Shown here: positions 38,434-50,742 of the stretch, piece after piece | Layout: the number at the start of each line of letters is the position of its first letter | Numbering within the stretch: position 1 is the first letter of the stretch | NCBI GenBank assembly: GCA_037189525.1 | Contig: JBBCJC010000003.1 | Span: 256,001 to 320,000, forward strand | DNA length: 64,000 bases | Source: Gemmatimonadales bacterium | Lineage (GTDB): Bacteria; Gemmatimonadota; Gemmatimonadetes; Gemmatimonadales; GWC2-71-9 | Reading direction: 5' to 3' | Translations under genes and position numbers: made by a program | Notes under the pieces: generated by a model | Told to the model about the DNA's origin: nothing | Database searches by the model: none | What the model saw: only the letters and a program-made list of their open reading frames with translations

Positions 38434-39291
38434 TTACGCTTGCCGAGCAAAGACCGTTCGGGTCAATCCGATGACGACCGCAGCAATCGCGAGGCCTGCC
38501 AGCGCATCGACCGCGTAGTGCATCTGACAGTAGACTACTCCTACCGTGAGCAGCACCGACGGGACGGCGGCCACGACGCCGAGTGCTCGGCTGCTCCGCC
38601 AGGTGGCGACAGTTGCGACCCAGGTGGCGGCAACATGGGAACTCGGGAAGGCCGCGCCGAATGAGCTGCCGCGCTCGAGCACGCCGTACACGGCTCGCGC
38701 GGCCCAGTTATCCAGGAACTGCGAGTCGGGCCTCGGGTACTCGTAGTAGGGGCCGGCCACCGGGGCCAGGATGAAGCAGACGTAGCAGAGGACGAACACC
38801 GCCATCAGCGAAAACAGCGTCCTCGACAGCTCGCCATCATCCCGCCGCTGGAGTGCAATCAGTACGGGGACTGGAACGATGAAATAGTACGAGAAGTACG
38901 CCGCGTGAAAGAGCGTGGACGGGACCCGTTCGTTCCATCGCTGCCACCAGATCCGACTCACTTCCTCACCGAACAGGCCCCGTTCCCAGCCGAGGACGAT
39001 CGCGTCGTAAGTTCGCGCGCTGCCGAATCCGCTCAGGAGGTCCAGGGCGCCATAGAGAGCCAGCAGCAGTACGATCGGGCCGAAGTTGCGGAGCCAGCGA
39101 CCCCGATGGCCCGGGAGGCGCTGAAACATGACGAGGAGCGCGAGGAGCAGGAGGTGCGCAGCGACGGCCCAGACCACCGCGGGGTGGCGGTCGAGTCGCC
39201 CGAGGCCGACGATGGTGACAAACGCGGCATAGCCGGCCAGCAGCCACTCGGCCGGTCGGACGGTTACAGCCACCCTTGCTGGCGATACCAT
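38434..39291 (-). CDS. PAP2-superfamily membrane enzyme, Aur1/inositol-phosphorylceramide-synthase-like
   Basis: AYFSYY, APVAGP, GAAFPSSHVA, MHYAVDA motifs; multiple TM helices; start ATG 39291 or GTG 39273, overlapping the upstream gene. Confidence 0.8.
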   Translation of the reverse strand: MVSPARVAVTVRPAEWLLAGYAAFVTIVGLGRLDRHPAVVWAVAAHLLLLALLVMFQRLPGHRGRWLRNFGPIVLLLALYGALDLLSGFGSARTYDAIVLGWERGLFGEEVSRIWWQRWNERVPSTLFHAAYFSYYFIVPVPVLIALQRRDDGELSRTLFSLMAVFVLCYVCFILAPVAGPYYEYPRPDSQFLDNWAARAVYGVLERGSSFGAAFPSSHVAATWVATVATWRSSRALGVVAAVPSVLLTVGVVYCQMHYAVDALAGLAIAAVVIGLTRTVFARQA

Positions 39292-40232
39292 GCGGCTGTG
39301 GCGCGGGCGCCGGCTGCGAAGTCATGCCGGGCGGTCCATCCGGTGGCGGTCTCGAGGGGGGCGGGGTCCGCCAGCCAGGCCGGGGCAAAGAACTCCGCCG
39401 TCTTGTCGTAGGAGAGCACGGTCGCCCGACCCGCAAGGCGCGCAGCACGATCGGTTATGGCCAGCAGCCCTTTGCCGACCGGCTCGGGGATGCCGATGAC
39501 GCGCACCCGGCGGCCTACCGCCTCGCCGGCCAGACGGACCATCTCTCGCGTGGTCAGGATTTCCCGGTGGCAGGCATAGTAGACCTGCCCGATCGTCGCA
39601 GGGGTCAACGACGCCGCGATCAGCGCATCGACCAGGTCGGGGCCGTAGACCACCGACAGCTGCTGCTCGCCGCGACCGAACACCGGAGCGACACCGAGCG
39701 TGGCCGCTTTGAAGATCCGGAACATTTCGCGGTCGCCTGGTCCGTAGACGGCCGGCGGGCGGATGATGGTCCAGGGCAGGGGAGAACGGCGCACCAATTC
39801 TTCACCGGCCAGCTTGCTGCGGCCATAGCGGGTCACCGGAGCCGCCGGCTCTGTGCCGACCAAGCGTACGCCGGGCGAGGTAGGCCCTCCGGCCGCGAGC
39901 GACGATATCAGGATGAAACGCGGATTCCCGGCGTGCAGGGCGGCGTCGAGCATCACGCCGGTGCCTTCCCGGTTGACGGCCAGGAACTCTTCTTCGTTCC
40001 GTGCGGCAATCAGTCCGGCAACATGAAAGACGACGTCATGGTTGGCCATCGTGTCGGCCAGGGTCCGCGCCGATCGGATATCGCCCTGGACGAGGGTGGC
40101 GCCCAGGGCGCTCAGCGCGGTGGCGCGCGCCGGGGTGCGCACCAGGGCCGTGACGTCATCGCCGCGGGCCCGGAGTGCTGCAACGAGGTGGCCGCCGACG
40201 AAGCCGGTCGCCCCGGTGACGAACGCTTTCAC
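39264..40232 (-). CDS. Extended SDR/NAD-dependent epimerase family; putative ceramide reductase (CerR-like)
   Basis: VTGATGFVG, HVAG, ISSLAA, YGRSK, IRPPAVYGPGD; operon context. Confidence 0.8.
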   Translation of the reverse strand: MKAFVTGATGFVGGHLVAALRARGDDVTALVRTPARATALSALGATLVQGDIRSARTLADTMANHDVVFHVAGLIAARNEEEFLAVNREGTGVMLDAALHAGNPRFILISSLAAGGPTSPGVRLVGTEPAAPVTRYGRSKLAGEELVRRSPLPWTIIRPPAVYGPGDREMFRIFKAATLGVAPVFGRGEQQLSVVYGPDLVDALIAASLTPATIGQVYYACHREILTTREMVRLAGEAVGRRVRVIGIPEPVGKGLLAITDRAARLAGRATVLSYDKTAEFFAPAWLADPAPLETATGWTARHDFAAGARATAAWYRQQGWL

Positions 40233-41365
40233 GCCGGTCGCTCGTAGATGGCGTACCGTTTGTATTGGGTAAAGCCCATTTTGACGAGTCCCGCGTTCAT
40301 GGCAGGATTGTCTTCGAGGACCCAGCCCGCCTCGCCCCAGGTGATCTGGCGCGCAGTCGAATGGGTCCAGATCCAGTGGTACAGCGCGGCATCGACCCCC
40401 TTGCCCCGATACTCGGGCAACACGCCGAGCAGGAGGATGCGCGCCCGGCGGAGGCGTCGAGCCTTGAGTGACCAGAGCAGATTCAGGGCGGCCGGGAACA
40501 TCCGGCCTTTGCGGTTGGTGCGGAGAACCTGATTGAAATCCGGGAGCGCCAGTCCGAATCCGATCGGCTCTCCATCCTTCTCGGCAAACGGCACCATCTC
40601 GGGAACGACGACCGGCCGGAACTGCGCTGCGAGATGATCGATCTCATGATCGGTCATCGGCACCGCGCCCCAGTTGTCTTCCCAGCAGCGGTTGTACAGC
40701 GCCTTGACCCGATCGACTTCGGCCTTGAAGTCAGCCAGGCGCAGCGAGCGGATGGTGACCCCATAGCGCTGCTTGGTGAGCTCGACCGCGCGGGTAATCC
40801 GCTCCGGGGCGGGAACCGCCTGGTCCTCGCGGCCGCCTTCGAACGCCACCAGCGTCTTGACCACCGTGAGGCCGGCCCGCTCGAGCAGCGCCGGGTAGTA
40901 CGGCGGATTGTGCGGCATCATGATCGTGTTGGGCCGGTCGAACCCAGAGATCAGCAGGCCGTATTCGTCGTTGACCGAGGGCGAGGCCGGTCCGCGCAGC
41001 ACGTTAAGTCCGCGCCCGGCGATCCACCGGCTCGCCTCTGCACACAGCGCCTCGGCCACCGCGACATCGTCGATCGATTCGAAAAAGCCGAAGAATCCGA
41101 CCTGGTCCCCGTGGGTTTCGTTATGCAGGCGGTTGTGGATGGCGCCGATCCGGCCCACCACGGCACCGTTCCGCTCCGCGAGGAAATAGGCGGCCTCGGC
41201 GTGTTCGAAGAAGGGATTCTTTTTCGGGGAGAGCAGCAGCTCGACGTCCCGACGCAACGGCGGGACCCATGACAGGTCCCGCGCGTGAAGCCGATAGGGA
41301 AGATCGATGAACCGGTTGAGGTCCGCCCGCGTCAGAACGGGGCGGACCGTTACGTCGGCACTCAG
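40229..41365 (-). CDS. GNAT-fold acyltransferase; putative bacterial ceramide synthase (bCerS-like)
   Basis: WVPPL, NPFFEHAE, VGRIGA, GFFGFFES, GLLISGF, MMPHNPPYY, LPDFN, LGVLPEYRGKG, WVLEDN; probable CTG start at 41365. Confidence 0.8.
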   Translation of the reverse strand: MSADVTVRPVLTRADLNRFIDLPYRLHARDLSWVPPLRRDVELLLSPKKNPFFEHAEAAYFLAERNGAVVGRIGAIHNRLHNETHGDQVGFFGFFESIDDVAVAEALCAEASRWIAGRGLNVLRGPASPSVNDEYGLLISGFDRPNTIMMPHNPPYYPALLERAGLTVVKTLVAFEGGREDQAVPAPERITRAVELTKQRYGVTIRSLRLADFKAEVDRVKALYNRCWEDNWGAVPMTDHEIDHLAAQFRPVVVPEMVPFAEKDGEPIGFGLALPDFNQVLRTNRKGRMFPAALNLLWSLKARRLRRARILLLGVLPEYRGKGVDAALYHWIWTHSTARQITWGEAGWVLEDNPAMNAGLVKMGFTQYKRYAIYERPA

Positions 41366-42570
41366 ATGACGCCGAGCTCGCGGCCCAGCTTCCCGATCGT
41401 CTCGAGGCAGTAGTCGATCTGGTCCGGGGTGTGCGTGGCCATCAGGCTGGTGCGCAGCCGGCACTGGGACGGCGGCACGGCCGGCGGAACGACCGGGTTG
41501 GTGAAGATGCCGGCGTCGAAGACCTTCCGCCACATGATCAAGGTCCGGTCGAGCGGCCCGATCAGAATCGGAATGATCGGCGTCTCGGTCGGGCCGACTT
41601 CGAAGCCCAGGCTGCGGAAACCGTCGACCAGCCGCTTGGTGTTGGCCCACAGCTGCGCCCGGCGTTCGGGCTCCTGCTGGAGGACTTCCAACGCCGCGAG
41701 GACGCCGGCGGTGTTGGCGGGCGGCAGCGCTGCGGTGAAGATGAGCGGCCGGCTGTGGTGGCGGAGGTAGTTGATCACGGCCTTCGAACCCGCCACGAAT
41801 CCGCCGATCGACGCCAGCGACTTCGAGAACGTGCCCGCGATGATGTCGACCTCGTCGATCATGCCGAAGTGCGCGGCGGTGCCGTCACCGTTCGGGCCGA
41901 GTACGCCGATCGAGTGCGCATCGTCGATGGCCAGCGCCGCGCCGTACTTGCGGCAGACCTTGAGCAGCTCGGGGACGTTGGCGATGTCGCCTTCCATCGA
42001 GTAGACGCCGTCGACCACCACCATCCGGCCGCCGGTTTCCGGCGCGCGGGCCAGCTTGCGATCGAGGTTCTCGAGGTCGTCGTGGTTGAAGCGCTCGGTG
42101 GAGCCGTAGCTCATCTTGGCGCCGTCGACGATCGACGCGTGGTCGAGCTTGTCGAGGAAGACCGTGTCCGACTTGCCCACCAAGCCCGAGATCAGGCCGA
42201 GATTGGCGTTGTACCCGGTCGAGAAGACGATGCAGTCCTCTTTGCCCAGGAACTTGGCCAGTGAATGTTCGAGCTGCAGATGCAGATCGAGGGTGCCGTT
42301 CAGGAAGCGGCTACCGGTGCAACCGGAGCCATAGAGGTGCAACGCGCGCGTCGCAGCCTCCAGCACCTTGGGGTGGTGGGTGAGACCGAGATAGTTGTTC
42401 GAGCCCAGCATGATCCGCTTGAGCCCTTCGATCGTCACCACCGTATCTTCGGATTCCGAGATCGGCTTGAAGTACGGATAGAGCCCCTGCGCTTTGACTT
42501 CGTCCACCTGAGTGTAGCGCCGGCACTTGTCGAACAGCGCGATATCGGTGGTCAGCGTCGATGTCGTCAC
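41362..42570 (-). CDS. spt: Alpha-oxoamine synthase; putative serine palmitoyltransferase
   Basis: YPYF, GSNNYLGL, GCTGSRFLNGT, DHASIVDG, DDAH, GTFSKSLASIGG; GTG start 42570. Confidence 0.83.
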   Translation of the reverse strand: MTTSTLTTDIALFDKCRRYTQVDEVKAQGLYPYFKPISESEDTVVTIEGLKRIMLGSNNYLGLTHHPKVLEAATRALHLYGSGCTGSRFLNGTLDLHLQLEHSLAKFLGKEDCIVFSTGYNANLGLISGLVGKSDTVFLDKLDHASIVDGAKMSYGSTERFNHDDLENLDRKLARAPETGGRMVVVDGVYSMEGDIANVPELLKVCRKYGAALAIDDAHSIGVLGPNGDGTAAHFGMIDEVDIIAGTFSKSLASIGGFVAGSKAVINYLRHHSRPLIFTAALPPANTAGVLAALEVLQQEPERRAQLWANTKRLVDGFRSLGFEVGPTETPIIPILIGPLDRTLIMWRKVFDAGIFTNPVVPPAVPPSQCRLRTSLMATHTPDQIDYCLETIGKLGRELGVI

Positions 42571-42780
42571 GAGGTAACCCCGCAAGGTAGAAGGGTCGTC
42601 GGCTGAAAGGTGCCGATCCCGTTGCACAGTAACGACTTAAGTTAATATCTGTGCCAGACTGCCACAAGGAGGACGTTTCGACCTGTGACTCCATGCACGG
42701 GACGGGATGCCGGGCGGGGTGGGCGGCCGATTTTCGTGTTATTGTTGTGGCGGGTCTACGAGCCAATCCGGGAGAATGGC

Positions 42781-45090
42781 ATGCGCGTCACGGTCGCGGC
42801 GGCGATGGTGAGTTGGGCGTTGAGCGTCGCGGCTTCGGCCGCCGACGCCCAGGTGCGCCGAGCCGAGCCGGGGCGGTTCGAGGTCGAGGGGATGGAATGG
42901 CGCCCGAACACGGCGTGGCGGCCCCGGGCGGACCTGGTCCGATTCAACCGCTGGGCCGCAATCCGGCGGGGCGACATCATCTCCCTCAATCAGCGCCGTT
43001 CGATGCTGGCCCTGGCGCCCGGGGGCGGTGCGGCGTCGCTGTCGGTAACCGGGACTTTTTATGTCCCCGTTATCCCGCTGTCGTTCACCGATGTGCCGAT
43101 GGCGTTCCCCACGGCGCAATTCCAGCAGGTGTTGTTCGGCCCCACCGCGCCGGCGGGCGCCGCTTACACGCTCAAGACGTACTACGAGCAGCTGTCGGGC
43201 AACCGGATTCAGATGGAGGGGCAGGTCTTCGGCGTCGCCGCGATGGATTCGACGGCTGCGTACTATCAGGACGACTGCAACGGCATCGGTGTGATCCGGC
43301 AGTGCAGCGAAGGGGGGCTGCGACTCGGGCGGATGCTGCTGGCTGCGCTCGACTCGGTTTCCAACGGTCCCAATGCCGCCGAGGTCTGGTCGGCGTTCGA
43401 CAACGACGGTCCTGACGGCATTCCGAACTCCGGGGATGACGATGGCGTGGTCGACTTCGTCACCTTCATCCAGCCCGTCAAGGACGGCGCCTGCCAGCCG
43501 AGTCCGGGGATCTGGGCGCATCGCTTCGAGATCGCGGGATGGAACAACGGATCGCCCTACGTCACCAAGACACCGCGCCGTAACCGGCCGGGCGAGTTCA
43601 TCACCGTCAACAATTACACGATGCAGAGCCAGGTCGGCGGGAGCACCGGTTGTGTCGACGGTGTCATCATGCCGGTCGGAACCGTGGCGCACGAAACCGG
43701 CCATGCCTTCGGTCTGCCCGATCTCTACGATACCGATCAGCAGCGCACGGAAGGGGTCGGTGAATGGAGCCTGATGGGGAGCGGCAACTACAGTCAGGCC
43801 TACAGCCCCGCCAGCTACGACGCCTGGTCGCTCAATGAACTGGGTTGGATCACGGTCGACACGCTTGGTGCGGGTCGCACCATCACCACGCGTGCCCGGC
43901 AGGTGTCCGATACCGTATTCCTGGGCCGGTACGCCGGCAATCAGAGCGAGTTTCTGCTGATCGAAAACCGGCAGGCGGTGCATTCGGACACGGCGATGTT
44001 CAATCCGACGCTGCCGGAGGAAACCAACACGGGGCAGCCCTGCCGGCAGCGGTGTCCCAAGTTGCCCGGGCTTCTGCTCTGGCATATCGATGTCGAGCAG
44101 GTCGACACATGGCGACCGATCAATCGCGTCAATTCCGGCACGACCCGTCCGCACGGCGTGGCGCTGGTCCAGGCGGATGGACTCAATAACCTCCGAGTCC
44201 AAAGCAGCAACCGAAACCGCGGTGATCGCGGCGACTCCTATCCGGGGCGGACGGGAAACACACGTTGGTCGCTCACCTCGTTGCCGTCGGCCCGGTCCAA
44301 CGCCGGGGCCTATACCGGCTTCATTCTCGATCGGATCGAACAACTCGACGGCGGCGTGATGCGGTTTCGGTATCTGCCGCGCGAGCCGACGGTCGTGGTG
44401 GCGTCGGTGGCGGGAATCCGGGTCAACGTGAACGGCCGGAGCTGGGCGCGCTACGAAGAGGCCATCGCCCCCGGCGAACAGTTCGTGATCGAGGCCGATT
44501 CGCTGCAGACCAATCCCGACGGCCGGACCCGGGCTCGCTTCCTGGCCTGGACCATCGGGGGGCCGCGCAGTCAGACGGTCATGAGCAGCGCCAAGCCCGA
44601 TACCATCATCGCGACGTTTGCTGCGGAGCATCGGCTGATGGTCCTGGTGCAGGGCGGGGGACAGGGTGCGGTCACGGTCGGCCCGTCCGGAAGCGCGGTA
44701 TTGCCGGGCGGTGATTTCCTGCCCGCCGGGACGCCCGTCACGGTGACGGCGCAACCGCAGCCCGGGTCGTTGTTCGTCGGCTGGCGTGGCGATACCGTGG
44801 CGACCAGCCAGACGATCACCTTGCCGATGGGGCGGCCGTACGATCTCGAAGCCTCGTTCGTCACGGAGGTCGCGGTTGGTGTGCAGGCGGCGACCTCCGA
44901 GATCCTCGGGACCACGTCGCTCTCGGCCGATCAGCGCACCTTCCTCGATTTGCTGGGAAATCGGAATGGCATCTACGACGTCGGCGACTTCCTCGCCTAC
45001 CTCCGCCATACCGGCCAACCGGTGCCCGCGGCCGCGCTGCATTTGCTGGGGACGGAACGGCGCAGTGCGGCGCCCGGGAGGAACCGATGA
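42781..45090 (+). CDS. Secreted M6 family (immune inhibitor A-like) metalloprotease with C-terminal beta repeat and dockerin-like tail
   Basis: Signal peptide; FDNDGPDGIPNSGDDDGVVD, IWAHR, HETGHAFGLPDLYD, WSLMGSG, LIENRQ, LLWHID; VTVTAQPQPGSLFVGWRGD. Confidence 0.9.
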   Translation: MRVTVAAAMVSWALSVAASAADAQVRRAEPGRFEVEGMEWRPNTAWRPRADLVRFNRWAAIRRGDIISLNQRRSMLALAPGGGAASLSVTGTFYVPVIPLSFTDVPMAFPTAQFQQVLFGPTAPAGAAYTLKTYYEQLSGNRIQMEGQVFGVAAMDSTAAYYQDDCNGIGVIRQCSEGGLRLGRMLLAALDSVSNGPNAAEVWSAFDNDGPDGIPNSGDDDGVVDFVTFIQPVKDGACQPSPGIWAHRFEIAGWNNGSPYVTKTPRRNRPGEFITVNNYTMQSQVGGSTGCVDGVIMPVGTVAHETGHAFGLPDLYDTDQQRTEGVGEWSLMGSGNYSQAYSPASYDAWSLNELGWITVDTLGAGRTITTRARQVSDTVFLGRYAGNQSEFLLIENRQAVHSDTAMFNPTLPEETNTGQPCRQRCPKLPGLLLWHIDVEQVDTWRPINRVNSGTTRPHGVALVQADGLNNLRVQSSNRNRGDRGDSYPGRTGNTRWSLTSLPSARSNAGAYTGFILDRIEQLDGGVMRFRYLPREPTVVVASVAGIRVNVNGRSWARYEEAIAPGEQFVIEADSLQTNPDGRTRARFLAWTIGGPRSQTVMSSAKPDTIIATFAAEHRLMVLVQGGGQGAVTVGPSGSAVLPGGDFLPAGTPVTVTAQPQPGSLFVGWRGDTVATSQTITLPMGRPYDLEASFVTEVAVGVQAATSEILGTTSLSADQRTFLDLLGNRNGIYDVGDFLAYLRHTGQPVPAAALHLLGTERRSAAPGRNR

Positions 45091-45479
45091 GGCGTGGCTG
45101 GCTGGGCGCGATGGCGCTGCTGCTGTTGACGGGAGCCTGCAAGGACTCTAAACCGCCGGTCGGGCCGACGGCGGGGAACGTGACGGTGTCGTACCAGGGC
45201 ACCGGGAGCAGCGACGGCGCGATCCTGCTCGTCGTGACCGGAGCTGTGACGTCGGTCGAAGCGATCGGCGGCTATCGGGTGGCCTCCGCGCCGATTTCCG
45301 GCGGCGCGGAGACCCGTATCGTGATCACGGGTGATCTGGTGCCCGGCGATCTGGTCCGGCTCGCCATTCCCGACGTGAGCAAGGCCACCGACTACGAGGC
45401 GCACGTCGAAGCGGTGGCGCACCGCACCAGCTATGCCCTGCAGGACCCGCTGACCTACACCGCGTCGATCCGGCGCTGA
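45087..45479 (+). CDS. Small beta-rich lipoprotein (cohesin-like by inspection)
   Basis: MRRGWLGAMALLLLTGAC lipobox; alternating beta-strand pattern; ATGA overlap with the protease. Confidence 0.8.
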   Translation: MRRGWLGAMALLLLTGACKDSKPPVGPTAGNVTVSYQGTGSSDGAILLVVTGAVTSVEAIGGYRVASAPISGGAETRIVITGDLVPGDLVRLAIPDVSKATDYEAHVEAVAHRTSYALQDPLTYTASIRR

Positions 45480-47465
<1,986 letters not shown>

Positions 47466-50400
47466 GGTGCGAGGGTCGGAAGCGCCGAATCATCTTCTCC
47501 CGCCACTCGAACATAATTTCGTAAAAAGTCGGGATCACCAGCAGCGTGAGGAGCGTCGATGTGATGACTCCACCGATGACCGCCACACCCAGCGGCGAGC
47601 GGAAGGACGAGCCTTCTCCCGTGCTGAGGGCAATCGGCGTCATGCCGGCGATCAGCGCCACGGTCGTCATGATGATCGGGCGGAGCCGAATGCCGCCGGC
47701 CTCGATCAGCGCGTCACGAATCGACAGGTTCCGTTCCTCTCGCGCCCACTTGGCGAAGTCGATCAACAGGATCGCGTTCTTGGCGACCAGGCCCATGAGC
47801 AGGATCACACCCATCAAGCTCATGATGTTGATCGTGTAGTTCGCCAAAGATAAGCCCAAGAGGACTCCGATGAGCGACAGCGGCAGGGACGCCATGATCG
47901 CGATCGGATCCATGAACGACCCGAACTGCATCACAAGCACCAGGTACATCAGCAGTACCGCCGCGGCCAGCGAGAGGCCGATGCTCTGGAACGACTCGTT
48001 CTGGAACTCCTGGTCGCCGCCTTCGGTCACCGTGATCCCGCCGGGGCCGGCCACCCCCAGCTGAATGCCCTGCGCGGCCAGGCGGGCCCGGACGTCGGCG
48101 GAGACCTCGCCGGTCGACCGCCCGGCCACGTTCCATTCCACCATGACGTTGGGCGCCCGGTTCAGATGGTTGATCGCCGCCGGGCCGTCGCTGTGGCTGA
48201 TCTCGGCCACCTGTCCGAGGGGTAGGGTTGCCGGTGCGCCGTTCGCGCCCATCACGACCAGCGGTAGCTGCGCCAGGTCGGTCACCCGGGCCCGGTACTC
48301 CGGCGCGAACCGGATTCGAACGTCCCGCGTTTCGCCGGCCGGGTCGATCCAATCACCCACGTCGATCCCCGCGAACGCGGGCCGGATCGATTGAGCCACC
48401 GCGCCGACGGTAATCCCGAGCGCCCCGGCAATGCCGCGGTTCAGGTCGACGTTCACTTCCGGCTTCTGACCCTTGCTCGAGAGGCCGAGGTCGACGACGC
48501 TCGGCACCTGGGCAATCTCGCCGCGGATCTGTTCCGCCACGACGTTCAGCGCTTCGGCGTCGGCGCCCTGGACGTTGAGCGCGAGCTGTTTCCGGCCGCC
48601 GCTGAAATCGTTGGTAAAGACGGACGTGGTCGACCCGGTGAAGGGAGCCACCCTGGACCGCACTTCGGCTGCGATGGCTTCGACGTCGCGGGCGGGGCGC
48701 TCCTTCTTCGGGATCAATCGGACGTACAGGTCCGCCACGTTGACCGATCCCGACTGGCCGCTGCCCAGCGTGGTGTAGGTGTAGCGCAGCTCCGGAATGC
48801 TGCGGAGCACCTCTTCGACCTGATTCACCTTCTGCCGGGTGTAGCCCATCGTCGAGCCCGGCGGCGTCTCGACTTTGACGAAGAACTCGGAACGGTCGTC
48901 GAGCGGGAAGAACGCGACACCGACCTTCTTCCATTCCGGCGCAATCCGCTCGAGCCCGATGGCCAGGATCAGGCCCCCGATGATGCCAACGGCTTTGAAT
49001 CCGAGGGAACGATTGGTACCCGCGGCCCATGCCATTACGCCGATGCCCACCAGCGCGCCCGCGAGTGCCAGTAATCCCTTACCGGGCAGCACGAACGACG
49101 CGATGAACGTTCCGACCGTCAAGATCACCATCGAGAGCCGGTGGTCCAGCGCCCACGCAATCACGCGCTTATAGGACTCCGCTTGCCGCTCGAACCACAG
49201 GTTGAAGCGGTCCAGTTGGCGGGTAATCCAGCCACGCTCCTCAGGCGGAACATGCGGGTCCGGCCAGTAGGCCGACAGCATGGGGTCGAGGGAGAAGGAG
49301 ACCAGGAGCGAGACCGCGACCGCGCAGGCAATCGTCAGCGCAAACGGTTTCATCCACTCCTCGGTCATCCCTCCCTGGAAGGCAACCGGGATGAAGACGG
49401 CGAGAATGGCGAACGTGGTGGCCGCGACGGCCAGGCCGATCTCGTCGGTGCCTTCGTGCGCAGCGCGTCGATGGTCTTTGCCCAATTCGACGTGGCGCAC
49501 GATGTTCTCTCGCACCACGATGGCGTCGTCGATCAGCACCCCGATGGCCAGCGAGAGACCCAGCAGCGACATCGTGTTGAGCGTGAAGCCGAACCACCAG
49601 ACCGCAATGAACGAGGCCAGAACCGACACCGGCAGCGCCAACCCGGTGATGATGGTGGAGCGCCACGAGTTCAGGAACACGAAGACGACGAGCACCGTCA
49701 GGATCGCGCCCTCGATCAGCGTCTTGCCGACTTCCCAGACCGATTCCTCGACCCGCTCGCCCGAGTTGCGCACCAGGTCGAGCGTGGTGCCTTCCGGCAG
49801 CTGCACTTTGATCGCCTCGATCCGGGCCAGGACCCGCGCGCCAACGTCCGTCGTGCTATAGCCCTTGGCCTTCTTGATGTCGATACCGACGGCCTCCCGG
49901 CCATTGTAGAGCGCGAGCGTCCGGGCTTCGGCAACGCCATCCTTGACGGTGGCAAGTTCGCCGAGTCGGATGACGCGGCCGTTGCGCTCGACCACGGCAA
50001 TGCGCGCAAAGTCGGCTGGACCCTCGGGCCGACCGCGGAGGCGAATCGACCGTTCGACATATTCGCCTTCGATCCGGCCGATCGGCGTGGCGAGGTTCTG
50101 CAGCTGCAGCGCTTGTACCACCTGGCTCACGCTGACGCCGGTTGCCTGCAGGGCGGTCGGGTTGAGCTCGACGGTGAGTTCCCGCTCCAGCTTGCCGGCC
50201 ACCGTGACCTCCGCCACCCCGGCGAGCGAGCGGAGTTCCCGGGTGATGCCGGGGTCGGCCAGACGGGTCAGTTCTCCCGAGGAGAGCTCGTTGGACGACA
50301 GCGCCAGCGACACAATCGGTCGGTCCGCATCATTGAACTTCTTGATGATCGGCTCTTCCAGCTCCGCCGGCAGGTCGTTCCGGATGCCGGAGATCGCGTC

Positions 50401-50742
50401 GCGAATGTCCTGGGTGGCTTCCTGGATCGGTTTGCCGAAGAGGAACTCGACCAGGATGACGCCGAACGCATCTTCCGATGTGCTGGTGGTGCGTTTGACC
50501 CCCGAGATGCCGGCAATGGCCTCTTCGATCGGGTCGACCACGTCCTTTTCGACGCCGTCGGGCGATGCACCCGGGTAGATCAATGCGACCGTCACGAACG
50601 GTGGATTGACGTCCGGAAACTCGTCGGTCTTCAGTTTGAACAGCGCAAAGATCCCGGCCGTGACGAGCGAGAGCATCGTCACGATCGTGATGACCGGGCG
50701 CTTGATGGCAAAATCGGAGATGACCACGGCGCTGTCCTCTCG

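Noticed and set aside
41362..42570. BioF or Kbl assignment for the PLP enzyme
   Set aside because: No bio or tdh genes nearby; GTFSKS motif and coupling to GNAT plus SDR favour SPT, though not excluded without phylogeny
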